Source: the human T2T-CHM13v2.0 reference genome, Homo sapiens
Strand: one strand, 5' to 3'
Assembly: GCF_009914755.1 (NCBI RefSeq)
Contig: NC_060933.1
Length of the DNA: 64,000 nucleotides
Of this stretch, positions 1-17,157 are shown piece by piece. Position numbers and translations under genes: made by a program. Positions within the stretch are counted from its first letter, which is position 1; every line of letters begins with the position of its first letter. The notes beneath the pieces were generated by a model. That model saw only the letters and a list, made by a program, of their open reading frames with translations, was not told the DNA's origin and did no database searches.

Positions 1-82
1 CATGTTGGCCAACCTCTCGTGATCCACCCACCTCGGCCTCCCAAAGTGTTGGGATTACAGATATGAGCCACCGCACCTGGCC
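1..82 (-). mobile_element. Alu, partial
   Basis: cctcggcctcccaaagtg left-arm sequence. Confidence 0.9.
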
Positions 83-99
83 CGACCTTGCTGATTTTT

Positions 100-486
100 T
101 TTAAGCTTTCTCTCTGCAGTGTTCCAGCCACACTGCACTGTGTTTCAGTTCCTCGAATATGCTCTCTCACTCCAGGCCTTTGCCCAGAACAGTCATTCTT
201 GCTTATCTCCTGACCTTGTTGACTTCTACTCATCCTGCAAGTCTTAGCTAAAGGACTACGGACTCCATTTAGGTCATCTTGTATGCTCATGTAGCACCCT
301 ATGCTTCCCTATTGAAATGCTCATCACATCTGTAATATACGTGTTTAATTTTCTGTCTTCTTAGCTACACTTGAAAGTTCCTTAAGTTACATCTGCCACA
401 CTCACTGCTATATTACCAATTCCTAGAACTGTGGTGCATAGTAGGGAGCCAACAAATATTTGTAGAATGAGTGGAATAAATGAAAC
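100..486 (+). mobile_element. L2 3' end
   Basis: gcatagtagggagccaacaaatatttgtagaatgagtggaataaatgaa terminal motif. Confidence 0.7.
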
Positions 487-1227
487 TTTCAGAAGACTCA
501 GGCAGTGATTTTTAGAGATAGACTGAAAAAAGAACGTTGATGATAATCATATTAAAGCAGACTCTTTTTTGCTATAGTTAATAATGTATTCATTGATTTA
601 TAGTAATTTTGTTAAGCCATGTTAAATAGTAATTTTAAGACTGCTTAAACATTATTTCCCTTGACTACTTTGCACTACTAGGTCAACTAGATCTCCTTGG
701 TTTCTTCTAGTCCCTCCAAACAGGATTTGTGGGTAGAATTATATATAATCTAATGTAAATCAGTACGGTATTCTTCAACTGGGGTTATTTTGATATACTG
801 TGAAGCTAGTGTATTTAATACATGACCATTGTTAACCTTAATGGTCCTGCCAAAAAAAAATTAGACTTGTGGCAAAAGCCTAAATTTGTATCTCTATGCT
901 TTATCTTTCTCTGAACCTTCCTTTTCCTCACCAATAATTTCACATTATTATATTATAAAAATAAAACATAAGTACATCATTTCTTTATTATGACATAAAA
1001 TAAATTTCTGGTACTTTTTCTTTCCCACATCAAATGAAAGAGCTCGTTTTATGCATATAAGGGACCAAAGGTAGTTGGTAGATATTGATTCTTCCTTGAT
1101 ACATGTTGCTCCCTTAATCTATAGCAAACTACATAGCTTTGGCAGTTTTGACATTTTTTTTGACTACTTAGTTGGTTTTAATTCCTAGGAATAGGAGAGA
1201 TAATTGTTAATACATGGGTGCTGCTAA

Positions 1228-1575
<348 letters not shown>

Positions 1576-1765
1576 CTTCAGCAACATTACTTTTAATACA
1601 ATAGAAATTTTAGATTATTCTGCCCATCCCCCTCACTTTTGTGACCAAGAAAGCACTGTTTACAGGTCCAGGATGTACTGTTTAAAGGTTAACAAAAGGA
1701 ACTTACAGAGTCCTGCAAAAACAAAAAACAAAAGAACCATGAAATTGGAGAACTCAAAACTCCTA

Positions 1766-2076
<311 letters not shown>

Positions 2077-2145
2077 TCATATATCTGAAGTTGGCTAGAA
2101 TGACAGAAAAGAGCACCATCAAACTGGGAATCTTGTAAACTATCA

Positions 2146-2496
<351 letters not shown>

Positions 2497-4078
2497 TCAA
2501 ATAAGCATTTGAGGGTATAAAAATGTTTACCTTGGCTTAGAATTTTTAAAACTATTAATAAGAATGGAAATGATGACTAAAGGAGAAATGAAAAAAGAGT
2601 TGATGAAACAAAGGGAAGAAATGGAAGAAAAAGACAATTACCTCATAAGTGAATAAATTGTAAGATACCTAAGGGAAAATAGACTGAAATGAAAGCAAGA
2701 GGCAATGAAGAAAGGCATAAAAACAACGAAGAGAATTGAAAATGACAAAGAAAAAAGTAAGATGAATCCGAGAAAGTAGGGAATGGTAGGTAGATAGGCA
2801 AAGACATAATATTCATATTATCAGAGTCCCTGAAGAAGAAAAAGAAATGGAACATAATTCATGTTTAAAAACATAATCCAGCAAAAGTTTCCAGAAATTG
2901 AAAAAAAAACTAAATCTAGAAAGGGTTCCCTAGGTACCTGGAAAAATTAACCCAGACTTATTGACTTTTGGGATATATTTTAGTACAACTATTAGATTTC
3001 AGAGATAAAGATGAAATCATCAAGTCTTCTGTGCAAAAAGAACATATAACTTACAAAGGCAAACTTACAAAAAGCATCACATGTTGAAAAACTGACATAC
3101 AAAGCAAGGCAACATAGAGCAGTGTTTTTTTTTAAAGCTCAATGAAGGTGTGAATTGAAGGATTTTATATCTAACTGAATGTTCTCAAATGTCAAGGTTA
3201 TAGAAAAAGAGTTTTCGACATAACGAAAACCTGGGTAATTTCTGTACCTGCTGGCCATTTCTGAGGAATATACAAGAGAATGAGCTTTATCCAACCAATT
3301 GATGACTGGAAAATTTTCAGCAAAAGGACTAATACAGAGAGGATGAGGGTGGAAGATTTGTGTAACCGTTGGGTATTGCAACAAAGTACAGTATTGCAAC
3401 TAAAATGATGGAAGGAGAAAAATGGATAATGTGTGGGCAATAGATGGGTTTTAAAGACTACTGCAGAGGAGAAAAAACCTGACACACCAGATAGTAAAGT
3501 GTTAAATAAGAAAATGGGTAACTCTAGGATTTAAAAAATGTGAGTAGAAAGGTAACCAGTAGAACAATAATAGAAATATCAACTCCCCCTCAATTTCTAA
3601 AAATTAAATGGAAAAGAAGGGTATGCATTTCATAATGAAAAACAGCTATTACAACAAAATACAAATAATTAGAAAATATTGTGATAGAGTTGAGACCAAA
3701 TACATTAGTCTTAAGCAACCTATTAAAAAAGGATTTTCAATTTGGCTTGTAAAACAAAAATCTTGGGATGACAAGAGACACATCTAAAATAAAATGATTC
3801 CGAAAAGCTAAAAATAAAGGGTTAGACCAAAGTATACCAAGTAAATGGAAACAAAAATCAAGCAGGAGTAGTGATGCTGATATCAGACAAATAGTATTCA
3901 AGCCCCAAAGTATTACATGTGATAAAGGACACTTTTTAATTTATATCTTATGGAGGTACGTATACATAAAATTTGCTCCCTGCTAATGAGAACTGTATGA
4001 CATGTTCACAAAAATTGATTATGTATTAGGTCACAAAGGAAACATCAATGACATTCATAACATAGAATATTACTAACA

Positions 4079-4383
4079 GGTTGCGTGCAGTGGCTCATGC
4101 CTGTACTCTCAACACTTTGGGAGGCCAAGATGGAAGGATTGCTTGAGCCCTCGAGTTTGAGAACAGCCTGGGCAAGATAGGGAGAACCTGTATCTACAAA
4201 AAATAAAAACAATTAGCCAGCTGTGGTGGCACACACCTGTGCTCCCAGCTACTCAGGAAGCCAGGGTGGAAGGATCACTTGAGCCTAGGAGATTGAGGCT
4301 GAAGTGAGCCGTGATTTTACCACTCCACTCCAGCCTGGGCAACAGAAAAAGACCCTGTCAAAAAAACAAAAAGAAAATAAATT
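4079..4383 (+). mobile_element. AluJ-like
   Basis: ggattgcttgagcc diagnostic. Confidence 0.9.
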
Positions 4384-4822
4384 TCCAGCTCAGAAAACAA
4401 AAAAAGAACAACAAAGTAAGTGAAAAGAAAATACTAGAAAGGAAATAATAAAGATAACAGAAATTAATGAGGAAAATAATACTTTTTGTCCGAGCAATCC
4501 CATTTCTAGTAATTTATACCAAAGGTACCCCTCCAACAATATGAAAATACATGTGTTCAATACTTACTAGTGATGTTTAGCTTGTTTCTGTCTGCTTGTT
4601 ATTCCTTGCAGTATTGTTTCTAATTGCAAAATATTTGAAATACCTTAAATATACAGACGTAGGAGAGGAGAGTGTTGAATACGCTATGGGAAATCCACAC
4701 GGTAATATTTTGCAGCTAGAATAAAGGATGAGGAAGGATTAATTCAGAGTAATTTCCAGTACATTCTATTAAGTGAAAAAAGCAAAGTCCCAAAGTATAT
4801 GCCACCTTTCATGTAAGAAAGG

Positions 4823-5444
4823 TGTGCCAGGTGTAGTTTATTGGCTCTCATCTTCAAATTTACCTCTTTTTCCTGCTCTGTAAAAATGGACCTTGGCCTT
4901 TTAAATACTTTTCTTTTGCCAACTAGCACATCCTTAAGCTTTGTCAGTGAAGGGCAATGGAGAGACTTCTCAGGAGTCTCAAAGGTTTTGCTTCCTGATC
5001 TGATGTGCTGGCTCAGCAGGATCCTGCAGTGCACACAGCTTCCCCAGTGCCCAGCTCCTGCAATACACTGCAGTCTGAAGCACCCCGCGCCCAGCAGCTT
5101 TCCTGCCAACCCCATTTCCCTCCACAGCTCCCCTGAACAGGTTTTCCTAGTGCCCTTGAGGGTGGATTTCCAGCAAGTTCCACTGATGCAGTACCATAGC
5201 AACTTCTTTCTCCAGCTCGTCTGGATCTCTGTCCAGGAAGAAAAAAGGACTTCCCTGTGCTCTTTCTCAGCCCTAGGGGTAGGGTGCTCCTTCTGTTTGC
5301 TATTATTCTATACTTTAGTGTTCCCTTTTACTGCTTCCTTGCCAATCCCTCATTATTCCAATCCTCTGTTAAAGTTATTGAATCCTTAACCTTTGTTCAA
5401 ATTGCTGTTCTTTTTTTCTTCCTAATTGAACTCAGATTGATACA
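4823..5444. mobile_element. Solo ERVL LTR (LTR33/LTR16-like)
   Basis: TG...CA termini (tgtgccag...gattgataca); aagctttgtcagtgaagggcaatggagagac motif; GC-richer than the host L1. Confidence 0.65.
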
Positions 5445-5838
5445 GGAGATAACAGAGTATACACAAATATCTGTTTATTTGAACAAAGGAAATGGAAAGG
5501 ACAAACCAAAACTATAGAGATTGATTGCCTGCAGGGGTGGGTGGGAAAGGGGTGGAAAGAAGGGAGGGAATGGGAACAGGTTAGTAGGAACAAAGAGGGA
5601 GTGACACTTTTGACTCTTAGGATCATAGTAATGTGTCACATATTTTTCACACACCCCAAATGTAATCAGACAATTAAAACCAACTAGGATGTAGGGGGAA
5701 CCCAAAACTGAATTCAAAAACTAAAAAATAAGGCTAGTTGTATTACGGATGTGTAATATAACACCACTGAAAAGGGTGGGGAAGAAAGAACTAAAGTCTG
5801 TATTAAAGCCTGTCTTTTTTTTTTTTTTTTTTTTTTTT

Positions 5839-5935
5839 GAGCACTTCATGAATTTGCATATCATCCATGCACAGGGGCCGTGCTAATCTTAAATATATTG
5901 TTCCGATTTTTAAATAATAAAATGCTACCAAAAGC
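5839..5935 (-). pseudogene. U6 snRNA retropseudogene with poly(A) tail (T-run 5815-5838)
   Basis: cttcatgaatttgcatatcatccatgcacaggggccgtgctaatctt aligns to the reverse complement of U6; ACAGAGA box degenerate; no PSE/TATA context. Confidence 0.92.
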
Positions 5936-7482
5936 GTATCTTGATATAATGTAAAGGTGAAGACAGAACTGTTTATAATTTAGTGTTTCTCACAGGGGTA
6001 TAGGTTAGCAATTCTGTAACTATTTTATGTATTTACTAGAATTGAACAAATCATAGGTTGCCAACAGTGAAAGCTGGATTTCTCACTTGTGGAGAAAGAC
6101 GTTATAAACAAGGAAATGTTAAAGGCTAAAATGAATCCTGTGGTTTTAGTTTGGGATCAGAAGTATCAGTATAAACCCATAGTTTTAAATGTATGACAGT
6201 AAAATACAGAAATACAGATATTTATACATGTATAGGTTAGTATACATACATATATTTCCTGCCTATCTCAGCTGAGAGGCCTAGAAGCAGTGACTCCAGT
6301 AACAATGAGAACGCCTAGAACCCAGATACTGGTCTCTAAACACCTTTTTCCAGTAAAGGAACTAGGGCTCTTACAAGTGGTTGATTCCGGGGACGAGACA
6401 AGAAAAATATAGGATGGGCCTTGAGCATCTTGTGGTGCCGGAAAGTAAGGGAATATTAAAAAAATAAAAAATAATTTTAAAAAGGAGAGGACTTGCTGAA
6501 AGAACGGGAGCTCCTAATGATAAAGCTGTACCAATTTGAACAACAAAATAGTGATAGTATTAGATTTTAACCCCAGAATAAAACAATTATCTGTAGGTTC
6601 ATACTAATAGAAATGATGAAATAAACAGATGGGAGGAAAGAGGCAGGTCTTCCTCAAAATATAATTCCAATGAATAAATGTAGAAGATCCAATGAATAAA
6701 TGTAGAAGAAAGTAAAGACAGAATTGCTATTAGGCATACAGCACAGTAATAAATGTTGCAGACATAATCTATCAGTGAATGCTAAAATTCATGGGTGAAG
6801 TTTGAGGAGAAACAAGATTTGCATAGTGTCAAAGTATCTCCCCCAAAATATTTACCAAGTTCATAGAAAATAAGGTGTCTTTCTGGTGCAGGAACCTGGC
6901 AGACAGAAACAAGCTAAACATCACTAGTAAGATGTCATATTAATATCATGAACATCTTGATATGATATAATGAGAAGGGCATCATTGTAGTATTCTTACC
7001 AAAATGCTAAATTTATTCCTATCATGAGGAACTAGCGGTCAAACCCAAATTGAAGGACATTCTATAAAATAACTGATTAGAGCTCTTTGAAATTGTCAAG
7101 ATCGTGAAAGATAAGGAGAGACTGAAGTATTTTAACAAACTCAAGGAGACTAAGGAAAAATAACAGATGCCATGTGGGATCCTGGATAGGAATCTGGAAC
7201 AGAAAAAAAAAAAAACGAGTAAATTAAAAATTGTGTGAAATTTTAAAAAGGCGTATAGCTAATAATATTGTGTAAGAATTTATTTCCTGTTCTTAATTGT
7301 CTCATGATCAAGTAAGATGTTGACATAAGGGAAGCTGAACAAGAGATAGAAGGGAACTTCTTCCTGCTTTTGCTACTTAAAATTAGTTCAAAATAAAAAA
7401 ACTTGAATGTTAAATATGTTTTTGAAGCCCGAATAACAAATGTTGAACTTTGATTTTTTTTTTTCTTTTACATCTACAACAG

Positions 7483-7567
7483 GGTTAGAAAAAGGTTCTT
7501 GGAACATCGGGAAGAAACCATTACAATAGATCGAGCCTGCAGACAAGAAACATTCGTTTATGAGATG
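7483..7567 (+). CDS. SNAPC3: SNAPC3 coding exon 3 ([29 protein letters not shown])
   Basis: Polypyrimidine tract + cag acceptor, gtaatt donor; 85 nt; translation matches the recalled SNAP50 sequence; phase joins the next exon. Confidence 0.96.
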
Positions 7568-8213
7568 GTAATTAAGAGTCTCATCTTTTTCACCCTTTTC
7601 TCTTAAAACAGTAAACCGACATTGGCTGAGGGTTAGTAATGACAGTATGGTAGCTTTATACTGGATATGCTTAGTTGAAAACAAACTAGAGAAACTCCTT
7701 TGAGTCTGGGAACTAGTGAGAGAAGAGGACCCTTAGAACTCAAGTGACCACATGTTTGACTTTTTCAGATCTCTGCCTTTATTCTTGTTTGGTTTTATCT
7801 TGCTTTCGATATTAGGCTAAATTTATGCCTTTTCACTACCCTATTTCTGGTCTTTTTGTTCTGCTCCTGATTTTGGTTTAACCACATTCTCAATCCTCAT
7901 CTATTATCTCTTGTGTAAAACTTTGGGAAAATTTAAGATGATGACTCTTGAGGAATTAGGAGCTAGTAGACACGATAGGTTCAGAATCAATGTGCTAGGC
8001 ACTGTGCTGGCACTTGATCATGCATACGGGCACCTATTGTCTCTGCCACTTATTTTACTTTTATTGTGGTAAAATTTACATAACATAAAATTTACCATTT
8101 TGACCATTTTAAAGTGTTCAATTAAGTGGCAATAAGTACATTCACAATGCTGTAAATCATCACCATTTCCAGAACTTTTTCATCATCCCAAACAGAAATT
8201 CCATACCTGTTAA

Positions 8214-8637
<424 letters not shown>

Positions 8638-9196
8638 ATGGCATATTTTACGTAGCATAATGTTTTATAGGTTCATCCATATTGTAACGTGTATTAGAAC
8701 TTCCTTCCTTTTTATGGCTGAATAATATCTATTGTATGTATACACCACGTTTTGTTCTATTTATCCGTTGATAGACATTTGGGTTGTTTTATCTTTTGGC
8801 TATTGCGAATAATGCTGCTATGAAAATTGGTGTACAGATATCTTTTTAAGTCCTTTTTCATTTATTTTGCGTCTGCCCCTAGGAATGGAATTGATGGATT
8901 GTATGGTTAATTCTGAGAAACCTGTTTTTCATAGCAATGATACCGTATTACATTCCCATCAGTAATGCATGAAGGTTCCAATTTCTCCATGTACTTGTGA
9001 ACATGTGTTTTCTAGCTTTTTTTTAATAATAGCCATCCTTGTGGGTGTGAAGTAGTATCTCATTGTGGTTTCGATTTGCATTTCCCTAATAACTAGTGAT
9101 GCTGAACATCTTTTTATTTGGTTTTTGGCCATCTGTATATTTTCTTTGAAAAAGATCTATTAAAATATTTTGTCCATTTTCAAATTGGGTTGTTTA

Positions 9197-9706
<510 letters not shown>

Positions 9707-9765
9707 TTACCATATAAGTAATTTAAAAATATTTTATCCCATTCTATATGTTGTCTTTTTACTTA

Positions 9766-11465
<1,700 letters not shown>

Positions 11466-12940
11466 CTGTTCCTATTTTCTTTAGTGTTTTTATCATGAAA
11501 GGGTGTTAGATTTTGTCAAATGCTTTTCTGTGTCAGTCGAGGTAATGATCTGTTGTTTTTTTTTTTTTTTTGCCCCATCATTCCATTAGTGTGGTGTATT
11601 ATATTGATTGACTTGCTAATGTTAAATTACCCTTGCATTTTGAGGATAAATAAATTCCACTTGGTTGTGGGATTCAATAAAAATTGTAATCATAAAAAGT
11701 ACCTTTTCTTATCATAACTGAATGACATTAGAAATCAATAACAGAAGAAAAGTTGGAAAATTCACAAAAATTAAACACATTTGACAAAAGCCTTTTCATA
11801 TGCTTCTGAATTTGCTTTGCTAGTATTTTGTTGAGATTATTGCATTCCTATTTATAAAGGGATATTGGCCTGTAGTTTTCCTGTAGTGTCTTTGTCTCAC
11901 TGTGGTATCAAGATAATGCTGGCCTCATAGAATGTGTTAGGAAGTGTTTACTCCTTTTGAAATTTTGTGAAAGAGTTTGAGAAACTCTGGTATTAATTCT
12001 TTTAATGTTTGGTAGAATTTACCAGTGAAGTCATCTGGTTCTGGGCTTTTCTTTGTTGGGAGGTTTTTCATTGCTGATTCAACCTCCTTACTTGTTACAG
12101 GTCTATTTAGATTTTTTATTTCATTTTGAATCAGTTTTGATAGTTTGTATGTTTCCAGGAATTTGTCCTTTTCATCTAGGTTATCCAATTTGTTGGCAAA
12201 CAGTAGTTCATAGTTTTCTCTTCTAATCCTTTTTTTCCTGTAAAATCAGTAGTAACGTCTCCACTTTTACTTCTCATTTTAGTAATTTGAGCCTTCTTTT
12301 TTCTCAGTCAGTGCAGTAAAAGTTTGTCAAATTTGATGTTTTCAAAGAACCAGCTTTTGTTTTTATTGATTTTTCTGTATTTTCTATTCTTTTTCACTTA
12401 TCTCCACTCATCTTTATAATTTTCATTTTTTTTGCTAGCTTTGGGTTTAGTTTATTCTTAATTCCTTATCTAGTTATTGAGATTGTTCTTTTATATAAAG
12501 TTATACAGCCATAACTTTTTAAAATCACTCTTTTTACTATATCTCCCTAAGTTTCCTATGCTGTGATTTTTGTCGAGTGTTGTTAAATTTCCACATACTT
12601 GTGAATTTTCCAATTTTTCTCCTGTTATTGATTTCTAATATTCACTTAATGATCAGAAGAGTTACGTTTATTACTTTAATTTTTTTTAATTTAAGATTTG
12701 TTGGTGTATCCTGGAGAATGGTTCACATGCACTTGAGAAGAACCTGTATTCAGCTGTTGTTTGGAGAGTTCTTTGTATATCTGTTGGGTCTAATTGTTCT
12801 CGTTGTTCAAGTCTCCTGTTTCTTTATTGATCTTCTATCTAGTTGTTCTACCCGTTATTGAAAGTGGGGTATTAAAGTCTCCAACTATTACCATAGAACT
12901 GTCTATTTCTTCAATTCTGTTGGCTTTTGCTTCATATATT

Positions 12941-13768
<828 letters not shown>

Positions 13769-13815
13769 GATTACAATTAAATCTTAAAATTGAAACAACT
13801 TACTTTTAATTATAC

Positions 13816-13960
13816 ACAGTCCTCAACCTACTGTGGTTTGACTTAGGATGTTTTGACTTTATGATGGGTTTATTGGGGTCTTAAATGCATTTTCCACTTG
13901 TGATGTATTTTATTTATGGGGTTTATTGGGGCATAATCCCATCATTGTTGAACATTTGTG
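13816..13960. mobile_element. Tigger5/MER47-like MITE relic
   Basis: Repeated gactttatgatgggtttattgggg motif. Confidence 0.55.
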
Positions 13961-14477
13961 TCAGTTTTGTTTCTATAATATTCAAATACTCTGCTTCCAC
14001 ATCTTTGTCTGTCCCTCTTTGGGTTGTCACAGATTATGTCTTTATATATTGTGTGTCCATTAACATAACCTTGTAAGTATTGTTTAATCCATTTATTTTG
14101 CAATCATATAGGAAAAACAGAAAAATCGTAGAGGAGTGAGTTACAAACCAAAAGTACAATAATACTGGCTTCTATATTTACCTGTGTTGTTCCCTTTAGC
14201 AGTATTCTTTATTTCTTCTTATGGCTTCAATTTACTGTCTAGTGTCTTTTCATTTCAGCCTGAAGAATCCTCTTTAACACTTCTTACAGGTCAGGTCTGC
14301 TGGTAGTAATTAATTCCCCTAGCTTTTGTTTATCTGCAAATGTCTTAATTTCTCCTTCATTCCTGAAGGATAGTTTTGCCAAATACAGAATTCTTGGCTG
14401 ACAGGTTTTGTTTTTTTTCTTTCATGGGTTTAAATATGTCACCCAAAAAAGAAAAACAAAAGTAAAAAAATTTAAAA

Positions 14478-14922
<445 letters not shown>

Positions 14923-15124
14923 CTATCTGCCCATTCTCTGGTTTCTTAACCTCCATGTTTTCTGATGAGAAAACTCCTGTTAATCTTATTGAGGAATCTG
15001 ATTTTCTTTAAGTATTTGGTTTCCTTTAGCTAACTGAACACATTTTTAAAGTTGATACATAATGATTGTACAAATTTCTGGGGTACTCATTGAGCACATT
15101 TAAGTCAGTTGCTGTAACGTCTTT

Positions 15125-15315
15125 TTTTTTTTATTTAACGTTATTATTATTTTTTTAATTTCATTTTCTTCATTTTATTTCATTTATATACCCTGAAGTG
15201 GGATGACTGAATCATGTAGTAGTTCTACTTTTAATTTTTTGAGAGACCTCCGTATTGTTTTCCGTAATAGCTGTATCAATTTGCATCCTTGCCAACAGTG
15301 TGCAAGAGTTCCCTT
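15125..15315 (-). mobile_element. 3'-transduced flank carried by the SVA (L1-derived fragment + ATTAAA + second poly(A))
   Basis: TSD taacgtcttt at 15115-15124 and 17158-17167 encloses this segment together with the SVA. Confidence 0.8.
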
Positions 15316-15346
<31 letters not shown>

Positions 15347-17157
15347 GTATTTATTGATCATTCTTGGGTGTTTCTCGAGGAGGGGGATTTGGCAGGGTCA
15401 TAGGACAATAGTGGAGGGAAGGTCAGCAGATAAACAAGTGAACAAGGGTCTCTGGTTTTCCTAGGCAGAGGACCCTGCGGCCTTCTGCAGTGTTTGTGTC
15501 CCTGGGTACTTGAGATTAGGGAGTGGTGATGACTCTTAAGGAGCATGCTGCCTTCAAGCATCTGTTTAACAAAGCACATCTTGCACCACCCTTAATCCAT
15601 TTAACCTTGAGTGGAGACAGCACATGTTTCAGAGAGCAGGGGGTTGGGGGTAAGGTTATAGATTAACAGCATCCCAAGGCAGAAGAATTTTTCTTAGTAC
15701 AGAACAAAATGGAATCTCCTATGTCTACTTCTTTCTACACAGACACAGCAACAATCTGATTTCTCTATCTTTTCCCCACATTTCCCCCTTTTCTATTCGA
15801 CAAAACCGCCATCGTCATCATGGCCCGTTCTCAATGAGCTGTTGGGTACACCTCCCAGACGCGGTGGCGGCCGGGCAGAGGAGCTCCTCACTTCCCAGAA
15901 GGGGCGGCCAGGCAGAGGCGCCCCCCCACCTCCCGGACAGGGCGGCGGCCAGGCGGAGGCGCTCCCCACCTCCTGGATGGGGCAGCTGGCCAGGCAGGGG
16001 CTGCCCCCCAACCTCCCTCCCGGACGGGGCGGCTGGCCGGGCGGGGGCTGCCCCCCACCTCCCTCCGGGACGGGGCGGCTGGCTGGGTGGGGGCTGCCCC
16101 CAACCTCCCTCCCAGACGGGGCGGCTGGCCGGGCGGGGGCTGCCCCCCACCTCCCTCCGGGACGGGGCGGCTGGCTGGGTGGGGGCTGCCCCCAACCTCC
16201 CTCCTGGATGGGGCGGCTGGCCGGGCGGGGGCTGCCCCCCACCTCCCTCCCGGACAGGGAGGCTGGCCGGACGGGGCGGCTGCCGGGCAGAGACGCTCCT
16301 CACCTCCCAGACAGGGCAGCTGCTGGGCGGAGGGGCTCCTCACCTCCCAGACGGGGCGGCTGCCGGGCGGAGGGCCTCCTCACTTCTCAGACGGGGCGGC
16401 TGCCGGGCGGAGGGGCTCCTCACTTCTCAGACCGGGCGGCTGGGCGGAGACGCTCCTCACCTCCCAGATCGGGTGGCGGCCGGGCAGAGGCGCTCCTCAC
16501 ATCCCAGACGGGGCGGCGGGGCAGAGGCGTTCCCCACATCTCAGACGATGGGCGGCCGGGCAGAGACGCTCCTCACTTCCTAGACGAGATGGCGGCCAGG
16601 AAGAGATGCTCCGCACTTCCCAGACTGGGCAGCCAGGCAGAGGGGCTCCTCACATCCCAGACGATGGGCAGCCAGGCAGAGACGCTCTTCACTTGCCAGA
16701 CGGGGTGGCGGCCGGGTACAGGCTGCAATCTCGGCACTTTGGGAGGCCAAGGCAGGCGGCTGGGAGGTGGAGGTTGTAGCAAGCCGAGATCACGCCACTG
16801 CACTCCAGCCTGGGTAACATTGAGCACTGAGTGAAGGAGACTCTGTCTGCAATCCCGGCACCTCGGGAGGCTGAGGCTGGCAGATCACTCGCAGTTAGGA
16901 GCTGGAGACCAGCCTGGCCAACACAGCGAAACCCCGTCTCCACCAAAAAAATATGAAAACCAGTCAGGCGTGGCGGCGCGCACCCGCAATCCCAGGCACT
17001 GGGCAGGCTGAGGCAGGAGAATCAGGCAGGGAGGTTGCAGTGAGCCGAGATGGTGGCAGTACAGTCCAGCTTTGGCTCGGCATCAGAGGGAGACTGTGGA
17101 GAGAGAGGGAGAGGGAGACCGTGGGGAGAGGGGGAGAGGGAGAGAGGGAGAGGGAGC
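15316..17157 (-). mobile_element. Full-length SVA, older subfamily (A-C-like), antisense in SNAPC3 intron 3
   Basis: Poly(A) 15319-15346, SINE-R ~15347-15840, GC-rich VNTR ~15850-16700, Alu-like region ~16700-17075, (CCCTCT)n 17101-17156; gttatagattaacagcatccc variant suggests pre-SVA_D. Confidence 0.96.

Noticed and set aside
4744-5389. 152-aa and 182-aa antiparallel ORFs
   Set aside because: They lie within the solo LTR; no recognisable domain or splice context
5533-5574. G-rich potential quadruplex
   Set aside because: Typical G-rich tract of an L1 3'UTR relic; nothing locus-specific
11937-12188. Reverse-transcriptase-like ORF
   Set aside because: Short fragment of decayed L1 ORF2 surrounded by stops and frameshifts
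15900-16700. Repeat-spacer-like periodicity resembling a CRISPR array
   Set aside because: Tandem SVA VNTR units without unique spacers, in primate DNA
15793-16946. Long overlapping ORFs (up to 330 aa) on both strands
   Set aside because: They arise from the stop-poor GC-rich SVA VNTR and Alu-like region; low-complexity G/R/P/A translations, not genes
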